Shown here: positions 33,744-42,185 of the stretch, piece by piece
Position numbering within the stretch: position 1 is the first letter of the stretch
Layout of the letters: every line of letters begins with the position of its first letter
From: Desulfobacterales bacterium
GTDB taxonomy: Bacteria; Desulfobacterota; Desulfobacteria; Desulfobacterales; JAHEIW01
Length of the DNA: 42,185 bases
Reading direction: 5' to 3'
NCBI GenBank assembly: GCA_050122435.1
Contig: JASFIX010000001.1
Coordinates: 1-42,185, forward strand
Notes under the pieces: generated by a model
Told to the model about the DNA's origin: nothing
Databases searched by the model: none
The model's input: the letters and a program-made list of their open reading frames with translations, nothing else
Position numbers and translations under genes: made by a program

Positions 33744-34514
33744 TTATTCCGAAGGAACCATAATCATATGGGCATCCTGCAAGGCGTTATTGACTGCCTG
33801 ATCAGCGTATGCCTGGATTCTGGGGCGTATCTTATCGAGTTCGGTTTGTGGAATATTATTTATGTCCGCCGGCCAATTGAAGTTATCCATTCTTGCTCTG
33901 GTCAGTCTGGGAAGGCCTGTGCCAATTCTGATGATCGGCTGGGTCTGGAAAACGACAAGCCGGATCTGGGCGTACGGATGCACCCAGCTATTTCTGACGC
34001 CGACCGAACCAAGCAAGGTCCTCCTTGTAAAAAGCCCATAACCCTCGAGCATAATTATATCATCATGTATTCTCCAAGGGCTTTCGCCTCTAAAGCTCTG
34101 CACCATAATGATGACATCCAGATCATGCGTCTTTGCCAGGTCCTCTATAAGATCGACCAGACCCTGTGATACCCTTCTGCGGGTTGCGGCAGCATTGATT
34201 TGATCCGCAAGCTGCTTCTGGCGTTCCAGAATTTGCGGGGACCGAATAGGAACAACCACAAAGCGCTTATCCTTTTTTAAAGAATCCATTAATTGGGTGT
34301 CCACATAGGCCGGCAAAACCCAATCCACTTTAATTTGTTTGGTAAAACTATTTATCCGGTCTATGGTAATATGTCGATGGGTCAGGTATGGTTCCAGGCT
34401 GTTCAAAATGCCGACCCGTGTGTCGTCTTGAAAGATAGGTTTCGGTCCGGGATCCGTCGCACAACTGAAACTCAAAAATGCTGCTGCCAGAATTACGATT
34501 AAGCTTCGAATCAT
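33744..34514 (-). CDS. Lipoprotein of unknown function
   Basis: Start at ATG 34514 with an AGGAGG SD. Signal peptide with lipobox LSFSC. I recognised no family. Confidence 0.6.
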   Translation of the reverse strand: MIRSLIVILAAAFLSFSCATDPGPKPIFQDDTRVGILNSLEPYLTHRHITIDRINSFTKQIKVDWVLPAYVDTQLMDSLKKDKRFVVVPIRSPQILERQKQLADQINAAATRRRVSQGLVDLIEDLAKTHDLDVIIMVQSFRGESPWRIHDDIIMLEGYGLFTRRTLLGSVGVRNSWVHPYAQIRLVVFQTQPIIRIGTGLPRLTRARMDNFNWPADINNIPQTELDKIRPRIQAYADQAVNNALQDAHMIMVPSE

Positions 34515-34601
34515 GCATCCTCCTGTAGATAGGCTGTGGGCCAATTTCGATAATTATAGTTGGTTAATTATGTAAAGGGCGAACATATTTTTGTTGAAGA
34601 A

Positions 34602-35828
34602 TTAGCGGTAATTAAGGTCCGTATTTAACAGTTGAATTTCTATGATTTCACCGGCGATCCATTCTTCCCAGCCCTCAGGGATGATAATCAACGCATCTTT
34701 GCGAGCCATGGAAGCGAGTCGGCTTTTGAGTTTGGCTGGTTTGACAATGAGCTGATTTTTTTCTTTTTCAAGACGAGCATGAATAAACTGGGTCCAGTCC
34801 TTATGGCCGCGAACGGTTTCGGCCAACTGGGCGCGTACCACTGGAAAAGAAAAGTCGCTTTCCCCTTTCATTTTCATGATTGCCGGAAGTGCCAGTTGCA
34901 AAAAAGCCATCTCGTTGGATGGTGGCCCACCCGGTAAAATGAAAAACGGCTTTTGTTCTAAAAGGCCAAACCCCACCGGTTTTCCGGGGCCCATTCTGAC
35001 CCGGCGATAAAGCCCTTGCCAGTCCAGTTTTGCGACTACTTTTAAAACCAGATCGCGTTCACTGCCCCAGGCCCCGCCGCTGGTCACAAAGGCATCTGCA
35101 TCGGCAAGCTGGGTTGTGATGGCGGATTGAATTTCCCGCTGGCTGTCGCCCACAAGAACGGCTGAATATGGTATGCCGAAAAACGTTAACCAGGAACAAA
35201 TCTCGACCATATTACTGGCATACAGTTTTCCTTCGGTCAACGGTTTTCCGGGAGCAACCACTTCATCACCGCTGGCAATGACCGCCACTTTCGGCACTTT
35301 ATGGACAGCGGCACACTGCAGACCGGCTGAAGCGATCAATCCGATTAATGCAGGAGACAGTTTTTCACCCTTGGTGACGACCGTTTCTGCCCGGCGGATG
35401 TCGCTGGCGCGCTCCAAAATATTGCGGCCTTCTTCAGCAATATGGTGTGCTATGATCGCGTTTGTGGACGGTTCGCAGAATTCTTCGGAAAGGACGGCAT
35501 CGGCACCTTCGGGTAATGGGGCACCGGTGGTGACGCGAACCGCCTGTCCGCTGGCAATTTGCAGATTTGACACATCCCCGGCTGCGAGGCCTCCCACCAC
35601 TTGCAATTCCACGGGATTTTCTTCAGTGGCGTTGGTCAGATCCGACGAAATTACTGCATATCCGTCTTTACGAGACGAGGTAATAGATGGGGCGTCAACC
35701 CTGGCGACAATATCTTCGGCAAGTATTTTGCCGGTCAGTTGATCTAGCGGAAGTACTTCGGCTTCGCCTTCTGCGACATTGGCCAGTGTCAGGTCAAGCG
35801 CTTCTTCAAAACTGATGAATGTTTTCAT
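34602..35828 (-). CDS. moeA: Molybdopterin molybdotransferase MoeA
   Basis: 408-aa ORF. ISFEEALDL..., SRKDGYAV, VAVIASGDEVV and FVTSGGAWGSERD are typical MoeA segments. Confidence 0.9.
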   Translation of the reverse strand: MKTFISFEEALDLTLANVAEGEAEVLPLDQLTGKILAEDIVARVDAPSITSSRKDGYAVISSDLTNATEENPVELQVVGGLAAGDVSNLQIASGQAVRVTTGAPLPEGADAVLSEEFCEPSTNAIIAHHIAEEGRNILERASDIRRAETVVTKGEKLSPALIGLIASAGLQCAAVHKVPKVAVIASGDEVVAPGKPLTEGKLYASNMVEICSWLTFFGIPYSAVLVGDSQREIQSAITTQLADADAFVTSGGAWGSERDLVLKVVAKLDWQGLYRRVRMGPGKPVGFGLLEQKPFFILPGGPPSNEMAFLQLALPAIMKMKGESDFSFPVVRAQLAETVRGHKDWTQFIHARLEKEKNQLIVKPAKLKSRLASMARKDALIIIPEGWEEWIAGEIIEIQLLNTDLNYR

Positions 35829-35902
35829 AAGGTCGGCTTATCTTTGCATCTTTGGTGGTTTTTGCTAACGGGGATTTAATATACGTAAATGGCTTATTTT
35901 AC

Positions 35903-36030
35903 AAGGTTCCGGGTTCTGGGTTCAAAGGTTCAAGGTAAGGCAGTCGCGGCGGGCTGTCCTGTTTCAAATTTTCATCTGTCTTCTGTTAACCAACCTCTGA
36001 ACCTTTGAACATTGAACCCTTGAACCTTCC
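35903..36030 (-). repeat. Tandem-repeat palindrome element, GGTTCA/TGAACC family, copy 2 (inverted relative to copy 1)
   Basis: The reverse complement of 35991-36028 equals 667-704 at 35/38. The reverse complement of 35903-35924 equals 794-815 at 20/22. The central part is not conserved. Confidence 0.8.
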
Positions 36031-36105
36031 GCTAGCTATTTGAAGTCCCGGTGACATTGTGCCATCCGGTTTTTCAGATCGCGAATTTCGTGCTGGACAA
36101 TTTCA

Positions 36106-37914
36106 TCAATCCTCCACGATCTTGATGACGACCAGGGTCACATCGTCCTCGGGCTCCTTACCCTGCCGGAAGAGCCTTAACGCAGTCAAAATTTCATTCA
36201 TTATTTCATCGGCGCTTGCGGCGGCCTTTTGACGGATAATGTCTTTTATCGGTTCCTTGCCGAACGGATTACCGTTTTTGTCGAATGTCTCCCAGATTCC
36301 ATCTGTTCCCAGAAAAATGATTTGACCCGCGGTAAAATCGGTGTGTACGTTTTCTTCATACTGGTAGTTTTCATCCCAGCCCAGCGCCAGACCGGAACCG
36401 TAAAGTTCTTCAAACCGGTCGCTGGTTGGGTCATAAAGAAGTGCGGCATCATGACCGGCGCGTACCCATTTCAGCCGATGTTTTTGGGCGTCGACCATCA
36501 GATAAATGAGAGTGGCGAACCGGCCGGTATCATAGATATCCAACGTAAGGTCCCGGTTGACGTCTGTGATAATTTGAGCGAGTGTTCCCGGCTGGGCCGA
36601 GCGGCTGCGAATCAGCGCCCGGGCCGTGGTCATTAAAAGACCGGCAGCGATACCGTGACCGGAAACATCACCGACAAGAACATTGAGTTTGCCCTCGGAC
36701 GGTGGCGAAACATTGAGGAAATCATAAAAATCACCGCCCGTTTTGTTGCAATAGACACTTTTGGCGGCGATATCGAGACCGTTTATGGTCGGCACTTTTT
36801 TAGGAAGCAGGTTTTGCTGAACCTCTTCAGCAACTTCCAAGGCGCTGAGCATACGGTTGTTACCGATGGCCAGATCGATTAGATGGGTAACGGATCTAGC
36901 GGTATTGACAACGGTATTAATGACATCGGAATCGATGCTTTTGATGCCGTCTTGTTTGTTAAAGGCAATGATCGATACATCACCTTCAGCGTAATTGATG
37001 TAGTTGGTGATGGCAAAGCCTAAAAAGGCCTTAACGTTTTCATTAAACGAATGCTTGTTTTCAAACTCGGCCTGAGGCATGGATCGTGGTTTGGTGGCCG
37101 TTGCCACACAGCCATTAATATCGCATTCGGCTTTTCGGGATGCCCAGATCGGTGCCGAAGAATTTTCAGGGACCTGTATCAGTTTGGATTTTATCAGACC
37201 ATCGGGTTTGCCCTTAAATACATAACCGGAAAGGTTTCCTTCTTGATCTTCTCTGGTAATGAAAACCCCCTGATAGCCTTCCCTTAATATGAGCAAAGCC
37301 AGTCTATCGTATATATCATTGTTAACCGCAAGCTCATTTATGGCGTTAATAACTTCACGGCTGAATCGCCGAATTGACGACAAACTAACGTCCCTGGCTT
37401 TGCGCGATGATATTTCATCCAGCCAGACTAAAATATGATCGTCGGCACCGACCCTGGTTTTAACCTGATACCATTTATCGGGAATTTGCGAATACAATTC
37501 GAGGGGTTCCAGCGAGGAATCATCCGATGGACCCTCGGCACTGGCAAGGATGGTTTTTACTTCCTGGCCGTTAAATAATTCATCTATCTTTTGAACGTTA
37601 TGCTCTTTCAAGAAATGTTTTGTATTACCCTCGGAGGCAACAATCCGGCCCTGCCGGTCCATTACGAAGGCCGGATCTTTGCGTTCGGCCGGTAACTGAC
37701 AGAGAAGCCCAATATCTTTGGTTTTAAATTTTAGCCAGGCTTTAGCGAATCCCTGAACGAAGAGAGGCACGACATAGGGAACTGCCGAAAAAAAGATACT
37801 GTTGCCCTGAAAGACATTGATGCTGGCACCGATCAAAAAAGCGACCAGATAGGTGATCGGGCTGATTAATTCTTTGCCGAGAAACTTCAAGAAAACCGTT
37901 GTACTTATGAGCAT
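36106..37914 (-). CDS. Membrane-anchored sensor PP2C (SpoIIE-type) protein phosphatase
   Basis: GGDFYDF, VGDVSGHGIAAGLLM, GTDGIWE and DDVTLVVI. I place the start at ATG 37914 (GGGAGGA SD). The longer ORF would overlap the MOSC gene. Confidence 0.85.
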   Translation of the reverse strand: MLISTTVFLKFLGKELISPITYLVAFLIGASINVFQGNSIFFSAVPYVVPLFVQGFAKAWLKFKTKDIGLLCQLPAERKDPAFVMDRQGRIVASEGNTKHFLKEHNVQKIDELFNGQEVKTILASAEGPSDDSSLEPLELYSQIPDKWYQVKTRVGADDHILVWLDEISSRKARDVSLSSIRRFSREVINAINELAVNNDIYDRLALLILREGYQGVFITREDQEGNLSGYVFKGKPDGLIKSKLIQVPENSSAPIWASRKAECDINGCVATATKPRSMPQAEFENKHSFNENVKAFLGFAITNYINYAEGDVSIIAFNKQDGIKSIDSDVINTVVNTARSVTHLIDLAIGNNRMLSALEVAEEVQQNLLPKKVPTINGLDIAAKSVYCNKTGGDFYDFLNVSPPSEGKLNVLVGDVSGHGIAAGLLMTTARALIRSRSAQPGTLAQIITDVNRDLTLDIYDTGRFATLIYLMVDAQKHRLKWVRAGHDAALLYDPTSDRFEELYGSGLALGWDENYQYEENVHTDFTAGQIIFLGTDGIWETFDKNGNPFGKEPIKDIIRQKAAASADEIMNEILTALRLFRQGKEPEDDVTLVVIKIVED

Positions 37915-38038
37915 GCCAAGAATCCTCCCGGTAAAAATGAAATCCGTATGGAAAGGCGCGATTGGAAAATATCTATCAGGGGGATGTGCGGGGCAAAAAA
38001 CCGTATGTGCTCGTTTGCGTGTTTGATTTGGATGGGGA

Positions 38039-38482
38039 TTAATCCCTGCCGTTTTTCTCGATGCTGATCGAATCACCGCATCGAATTTTTCCCTCCTCCA
38101 GCACCCGTGCGAAGACACCTTCCCGCGGCATTATACAATCGCCGGCTTTGTAATAAATGGCACAGCGGTTGTGGCACTCTTTGCCGATCTGGGTAATTTC
38201 AACCAGGGCGTTTTGGCCCAACCGTATCCGGCTGCCCACCGGAATGTTTTTCCAGTCAACGCCGGTGGTGGCGATGTTTTCGGCAAAATCGCCGAAAGTT
38301 ACCTCAAAGCCTTTTTCACGGGCTTTATCTATTTCTTCGGAAGCCAGAAAACTGACCTGTCGATGCCAGTTGCCGGCATGGGCATCGCCCTCGAGACCAT
38401 GCTCCTTTTTTAAAAAGGCTTCATCAACCGTCATTTTCTGGGTTCCCTTTTTCTTGCTGGTTGCAATGGACACGATTTTCAT
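38039..38482 (-). CDS. MOSC-domain protein
   Basis: HGLEGDAHAG...RQVSFL, FGDFAENI and LVEITQIGKECH. Confidence 0.8.
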   Translation of the reverse strand: MKIVSIATSKKKGTQKMTVDEAFLKKEHGLEGDAHAGNWHRQVSFLASEEIDKAREKGFEVTFGDFAENIATTGVDWKNIPVGSRIRLGQNALVEITQIGKECHNRCAIYYKAGDCIMPREGVFARVLEEGKIRCGDSISIEKNGRD

Positions 38483-38617
38483 ATTTATTTGCACCCTTTA
38501 TTATCAGATTTCATAGCACTTTTTATTCAAAAGTGTACCTTTTTAATAATAATCTTGAATTTTAAAATTTAAAGATCATTAAAAAAAAAGAAATTGGAAA
38601 ACAAAAATAGTTGCTTA

Positions 38618-39217
38618 TTAAAAATTGCCAATCATAAAAATGCCATAAGTTGCCCTGATATTGGGCAAAAACTTGATAATCTTACCGTATCTGTCTTGTG
38701 AATGGGTATTAATGGCAACTTCATTTAGAATTTTCAAACCAACATCGTGAATGAATTTTCGAAAATCCTTGATGGTAATCACCCGGATATTGGGCGTGTT
38801 GTACCATTGATAGGGCAATTGTTTGGTGACCGGCGCATATCCGGAATACAGCAGCTGCATCCGACAGGCCCAATGACTGAAATTCGGAAAACTGACAATT
38901 CCCTTTTTGCCAATGCGCATTATTGCGCGAATAAGTGTATCCGGTTCATAGACCTGCTGCAACGTCTGACTCAAAATGACATAATCAAAAGTTTGATCCG
39001 GATAATCAGGGACTTCCTCATTGATGTCACCCTGCAGAACCGTTAATCCTTTTTCGATGCATGTGGCCACCTTTTCTTCTTCCAGCTCGATGCCCGAACC
39101 GGTCACCTTTTTTTTATTCATTAAATGTCGCAACAGTTCACCGTTGCCGCAGCCAAGATCGAGAACATGGGATCCCGGGTCGATCCATCTAGCGATAATC
39201 TGAAGATCATAGCGCAT
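38618..39217 (-). CDS. metW: Methionine biosynthesis protein MetW
   Basis: MRYDLQIIARWIDPGSHVLDLGCGNGELL. It lies directly downstream of metX, with a small overlap. Confidence 0.85.
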   Translation of the reverse strand: MRYDLQIIARWIDPGSHVLDLGCGNGELLRHLMNKKKVTGSGIELEEEKVATCIEKGLTVLQGDINEEVPDYPDQTFDYVILSQTLQQVYEPDTLIRAIMRIGKKGIVSFPNFSHWACRMQLLYSGYAPVTKQLPYQWYNTPNIRVITIKDFRKFIHDVGLKILNEVAINTHSQDRYGKIIKFLPNIRATYGIFMIGNF

Positions 39218-39221
39218 GCTG

Positions 39222-40394
39222 TTATTTTGTGTTTTCACGGCAGACACGCTCTAAAAATCCTTTGATCAAAGTTGTCAATCGGGCGTTGGGAATTAAAAAG
39301 GCATCGTGGCCCCACTCAGCTTCGATTTCACAGAAGCTCACATCCAATCCGTTTTTCTTCATGGCTTTGACCATGGCTTTGGATTGGTAGGTCGGGTACA
39401 GCCAGTCGGAAGTAAAGGACACTACCAGAAATTTGGCACTGGCCTTAGAAAAAGCTTTTACGGCTGAACCGCCACCATATTGATTTCCCATGTCATAATA
39501 GTCGCCGGCCTTGGTGATGTAGAGAAAGGAGTTGGCATCGAAGCGATCCACAAATTTTTTACCCTGATAACGAAGATAACTTTCCACCTGGAAATCTGCA
39601 TCGAAGTTAAATGAAAAATCGCTTTTGTCCTGCAAACGCCGCCCGAACTTGAGACGCATGGATTCATCCGATAAATAGGTAATATGGCCGATCATGCGGG
39701 CCACCGCCAGCCCCAGATTCGGTTTGGGCCCGTAATAGTAGTTGCCGTTGTTCCAGTTGGGGTCGGCCATGATCGCCTGTCTGGCCACCTCGTTAAAAGC
39801 AATGGCCAGGGCCGAGTGTTTGGTGGTCGTGGCCAGCGGAATGGCTGAAATCACCATATCCGGATACCTTACTGTCCACTCCAGCACCTGCATACCGCCG
39901 ATAGAGCCGCCCACCACACACAAAATTTTTTTGATCCCCAGATGATCTATCAGCTTTTTTTGAGCTGCAACCATGTCTCCGATGGTGACCACCGGAAAGT
40001 CAAGCGCATAAGGCTGAACGTTTTTCGGGTTGGTGCTGCAGGGCCCGGTAGAACCCATACAGCTGCCGATTATATTGGAGCAAATTACAAAGTATTTATT
40101 GGTATCAATTCCCTTACCCGGTCCCACCATAATATCCCACCAGCCGGGCTTTTCATCTTCTTCATTATAATAGCCGGCGGCGTGAGAATCTCCGGAAAGG
40201 GCATGCAGAATCAAAACGACATTGCTCTTGTCTGCATTTAATTCGCCGTAGGTTTCATAGGCAAGGGTTACCGGTCCGAGTTTGGCGCCGTTTTCCAGTA
40301 CCATTTCATCGGGCGGCTCGGCAAAAGTGAAGAATTGCTTCTCCACAATACCTACGGATATACCTTCTTGATCGTGTTCGATATATTCACTCAT
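39222..40394 (-). CDS. metX: Homoserine O-acetyltransferase MetX
   Basis: LAYETYGELN, ILHALSGDSHAAG and VVGGSIGGMQVLEW (nucleophile elbow). I place the start at ATG 40394. The track's GTG at 40451 reads into the repeat. Confidence 0.88.
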   Translation of the reverse strand: MSEYIEHDQEGISVGIVEKQFFTFAEPPDEMVLENGAKLGPVTLAYETYGELNADKSNVVLILHALSGDSHAAGYYNEEDEKPGWWDIMVGPGKGIDTNKYFVICSNIIGSCMGSTGPCSTNPKNVQPYALDFPVVTIGDMVAAQKKLIDHLGIKKILCVVGGSIGGMQVLEWTVRYPDMVISAIPLATTTKHSALAIAFNEVARQAIMADPNWNNGNYYYGPKPNLGLAVARMIGHITYLSDESMRLKFGRRLQDKSDFSFNFDADFQVESYLRYQGKKFVDRFDANSFLYITKAGDYYDMGNQYGGGSAVKAFSKASAKFLVVSFTSDWLYPTYQSKAMVKAMKKNGLDVSFCEIEAEWGHDAFLIPNARLTTLIKGFLERVCRENTK

Positions 40395-40424
40395 AATCGA
40401 AAAGCCGTTTAAATTGAACATAAC

Positions 40425-40500
40425 CACGAAAACACGAAATTTCAAAAGCACGAAAAGCTTAATTTTTTCTTTCGTGTTTCAGTTTTTTCGTGCTTTCGTG
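40425..40500. repeat. Tandem-repeat palindrome, unit CACGAAAA (period 8)
   Basis: Units cacgaaaa cacgaaat ttcaaaag cacgaaaa run from 40425-40456. A 12-nt AT spacer follows, then ctttcgtg tttcagtt ttttcgtg ctttcgtg at 40469-40500. Units pair 1-4', 2-3' and 4-1'. Confidence 0.85.
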
Positions 40501-40545
40501 ATGAATCGTTTTGTTACTTAGTTTTTTTGACCAGGGCAATAAAAA

Positions 40546-41832
40546 TCAGGTTTGGGTAAATGCCTGTTCTAAATCCTGCTTGATATCATCGATATTTTCG
40601 AGCCCGATAGACAGGCGTACCAGATCCGGAGTCAACCCTCCGGCTTTTTGCTGTTCCTCGGTTAACTGGGAATGGGTTGTACTTGCAGGGTGAATAACAA
40701 GGCTTTTGGCATCTCCCACATTGGCCAGGAGGGAAAACAGCTTTAGATTGTCCACGAATTTTTGGCCGGCATCAAGGCCGCCTTTTATTCCGAAGACAAC
40801 CATGCCGCCAAATCCGTTTTTAAGGTATTTGCTGGCAACCGGGTAAGTTGGATCATCCGGCAATCCAGGATAGCGTATCCACTCTACTTGCGGGTGCTCT
40901 TTCAAAAAACGGGCAACTTCGATCGCATTATCACAATGTCGCTGCATCCGCAGTGGCAGGGTCTCCAATCCCTGCAAAAACATCCAGGCATTGTCCGGGG
41001 AAATGCATGCGCCCAAGTTGCGCAGAGGTACCAGTCGCATTCGAAGCGCAAAGGCGATGGGATTCATGTCGCCCAGATCATGGGCGTAACGGATGTCGTG
41101 ATAGCTAGGATCAGGCTCGTTGAAGAGTTTGAATTTTGGATCCTGCCAGTTAAATTTTCCCGAATCAACCACGATGCCGCCGATACCGGTGCCGTGTCCC
41201 CCCATCCACTTGGTGAGAGAGTTCACTACGATGTCGGCACCATATTCAATACTCTTCAATAAATAGGGTGTGGTAAAGGTGGCATCGGCAATTAACGGCA
41301 AATTGTGGCTGTGCGCAATTTCAGCGACTGCGCTGATGTCCGTAAAATCGAGCGCCGGGTTGCCGATGGTCTCGATATACAGGGCCCGGGTTTTTTCGGT
41401 GATCGCTTTGGCAAAACTGTCCGGATCTCGGGCATCTGCAAAGTTTGCCCGGATGCCGAATTGCGGAAGAATACAATCAAACATGGTATAGGTGCCGCCA
41501 TATAGATTGGTGGCCGATACAATTTCATCCCCGGCCTCACAGATATTGATAATCGTATAATAGACTGCCGATGTTCCGGAAGATAAGGCCAGGGCAGCTG
41601 CACCGCCTTCCAAGGCAGCAACCCGCTGCTCGAGTATATCCTGGGTGGGATTCATTATTCGGGTGTATATATTTCCCAGTTCCTTGAGTGCAAAAAGATT
41701 GGCGGCATGTTCGGTGCTGTGGAATACGTAAGAGGAAGTTCGATGCACCGGCACCCCTCTGGCGGTGGTAGCCGGATCGGGTTGTTGGCCGGCATGCAGA
41801 CACTGTGTTTCAAATTTATAGTGGTCACTCAT
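40546..41832 (-). CDS. metY: O-acetylhomoserine sulfhydrylase / aminocarboxypropyltransferase (PLP-dependent)
   Basis: [19 protein letters not shown] and [11 protein letters not shown] (PLP lysine context). Confidence 0.9.
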   Translation of the reverse strand: MSDHYKFETQCLHAGQQPDPATTARGVPVHRTSSYVFHSTEHAANLFALKELGNIYTRIMNPTQDILEQRVAALEGGAAALALSSGTSAVYYTIINICEAGDEIVSATNLYGGTYTMFDCILPQFGIRANFADARDPDSFAKAITEKTRALYIETIGNPALDFTDISAVAEIAHSHNLPLIADATFTTPYLLKSIEYGADIVVNSLTKWMGGHGTGIGGIVVDSGKFNWQDPKFKLFNEPDPSYHDIRYAHDLGDMNPIAFALRMRLVPLRNLGACISPDNAWMFLQGLETLPLRMQRHCDNAIEVARFLKEHPQVEWIRYPGLPDDPTYPVASKYLKNGFGGMVVFGIKGGLDAGQKFVDNLKLFSLLANVGDAKSLVIHPASTTHSQLTEEQQKAGGLTPDLVRLSIGLENIDDIKQDLEQAFTQT

Positions 41833-41938
41833 TTCTCAGATCCTATTTTTAAAGCTGGAATTTTCAGGTGTGCTGAAGGTCAGCCTGCCCGGTTGAATTG
41901 ATTTTCGGTGAAAGGATTTATGGTTTTCTGCAGGAAGC

Positions 41939-42185
41939 TTATCCGATCAGGGGCCCAAATACTTCACAGGTTTTGCATATCTTCATTTTTTCTTTCCAGT
42001 TTTTTTGAGCCGTACCGTCACAAATGGTTCCATTAATAAACCAGCAAAGCTCACCCGCCCCGAACTCCCAGGCCGGGCATTGGCTTTTTTGTTCCGGGCT
42101 GCATTTTTTAACCTGCCAGCATGCTTTCAATTTTCCTTTTTGGGTATTTTGCTTAACGGCTAAAAAATACATCTGGCGTTCAACC
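41939..42185 (-). CDS. Second XRE-HTH protein with the two-CW Cys-rich domain; N-terminus cut by the window edge
   Basis: The frame stays open to the window end, and VERQ upstream of the track's Met aligns with HVERQ of the 26738-27112 protein. The C-terminal 60 aa are 41/60 identical to that paralog, with all 7 Cys conserved. Confidence 0.75.
   Translation of the reverse strand, partial: VERQMYFLAVKQNTQKGKLKACWQVKKCSPEQKSQCPAWEFGAGELCWFINGTICDGTAQKNWKEKMKICKTCEVFGPLIG

Noticed and set aside
41833-41938. SAM or other riboswitch in the metY leader.
   Set aside because: The leader is only 106 nt, with no SAM-I or SAM-II-like conserved cores visible. Only a weak 5-bp palindrome (gctga..tcagc) is present. 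An Rfam scan would settle it.

Overview
This 42 kb window looks like a chromosomal region rich in anaerobic-respiration and molybdoenzyme genes. The gene content and protein style suggest a deltaproteobacterium of the Desulfobacterales type, but that is inference only. I call about 39 protein genes. I saw no rRNA, tRNA, CRISPR array, transposase or integrase.

Main blocks, in window order:
1. A 5'-truncated cyclase-family gene, a DUF3786 gene, and an RND/MMPL exporter translationally coupled to a beta-lactamase-fold protein.
2. A hemerythrin/DUF438/PAS gene and an ABM-fold gene.
3. A periplasmic nitrate reductase cluster on the minus strand: napD, napA, a tandem-duplicated NapB-like tetraheme protein, a second tetraheme cytochrome, a Tat Fe-S protein and an NrfD-like membrane protein. 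No napC, napG or napH is present.
4. A Mo-cofactor-related minus-strand operon: FmdE-like, MoCF-binding protein, moaA, ModE-N-like wHTH, rhodanese and TauE.
5. An arsenate-respiratory-reductase-like operon: a small receiver gene, then arrA, arrB, arrC, arrD and a CMD-family gene. It is preceded by a good sigma54 -24/-12 promoter. Upstream lies a sensor module of a PhnD-like (ArrX/AioX-like) orphan binding lipoprotein, a membrane HAMP sigma54 activator with no histidine kinase or receiver, and an XRE-HTH protein with a Cys-rich domain containing two CW motifs.
6. A tightly packed uncharacterised module: lipoprotein, DinB, ICMT-like, DUF364 and a CCG Fe-S protein.
7. moeA, a membrane PP2C phosphatase, a MOSC gene, metW, metX, metY, and a second edge-truncated paralog of the Cys-rich HTH protein.

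The signal least explained by gene calls is a set of six intergenic 'tandem-repeat palindromes'. Each has 4-5 direct copies of a 7-8 nt unit, an AT-rich spacer, then 4-5 copies of the complementary unit. Unit sequences differ between loci, and two loci are inverted copies of one about 130-155 bp element.

All calls come from reading the sequence and the ORF track by eye. No searches were run.
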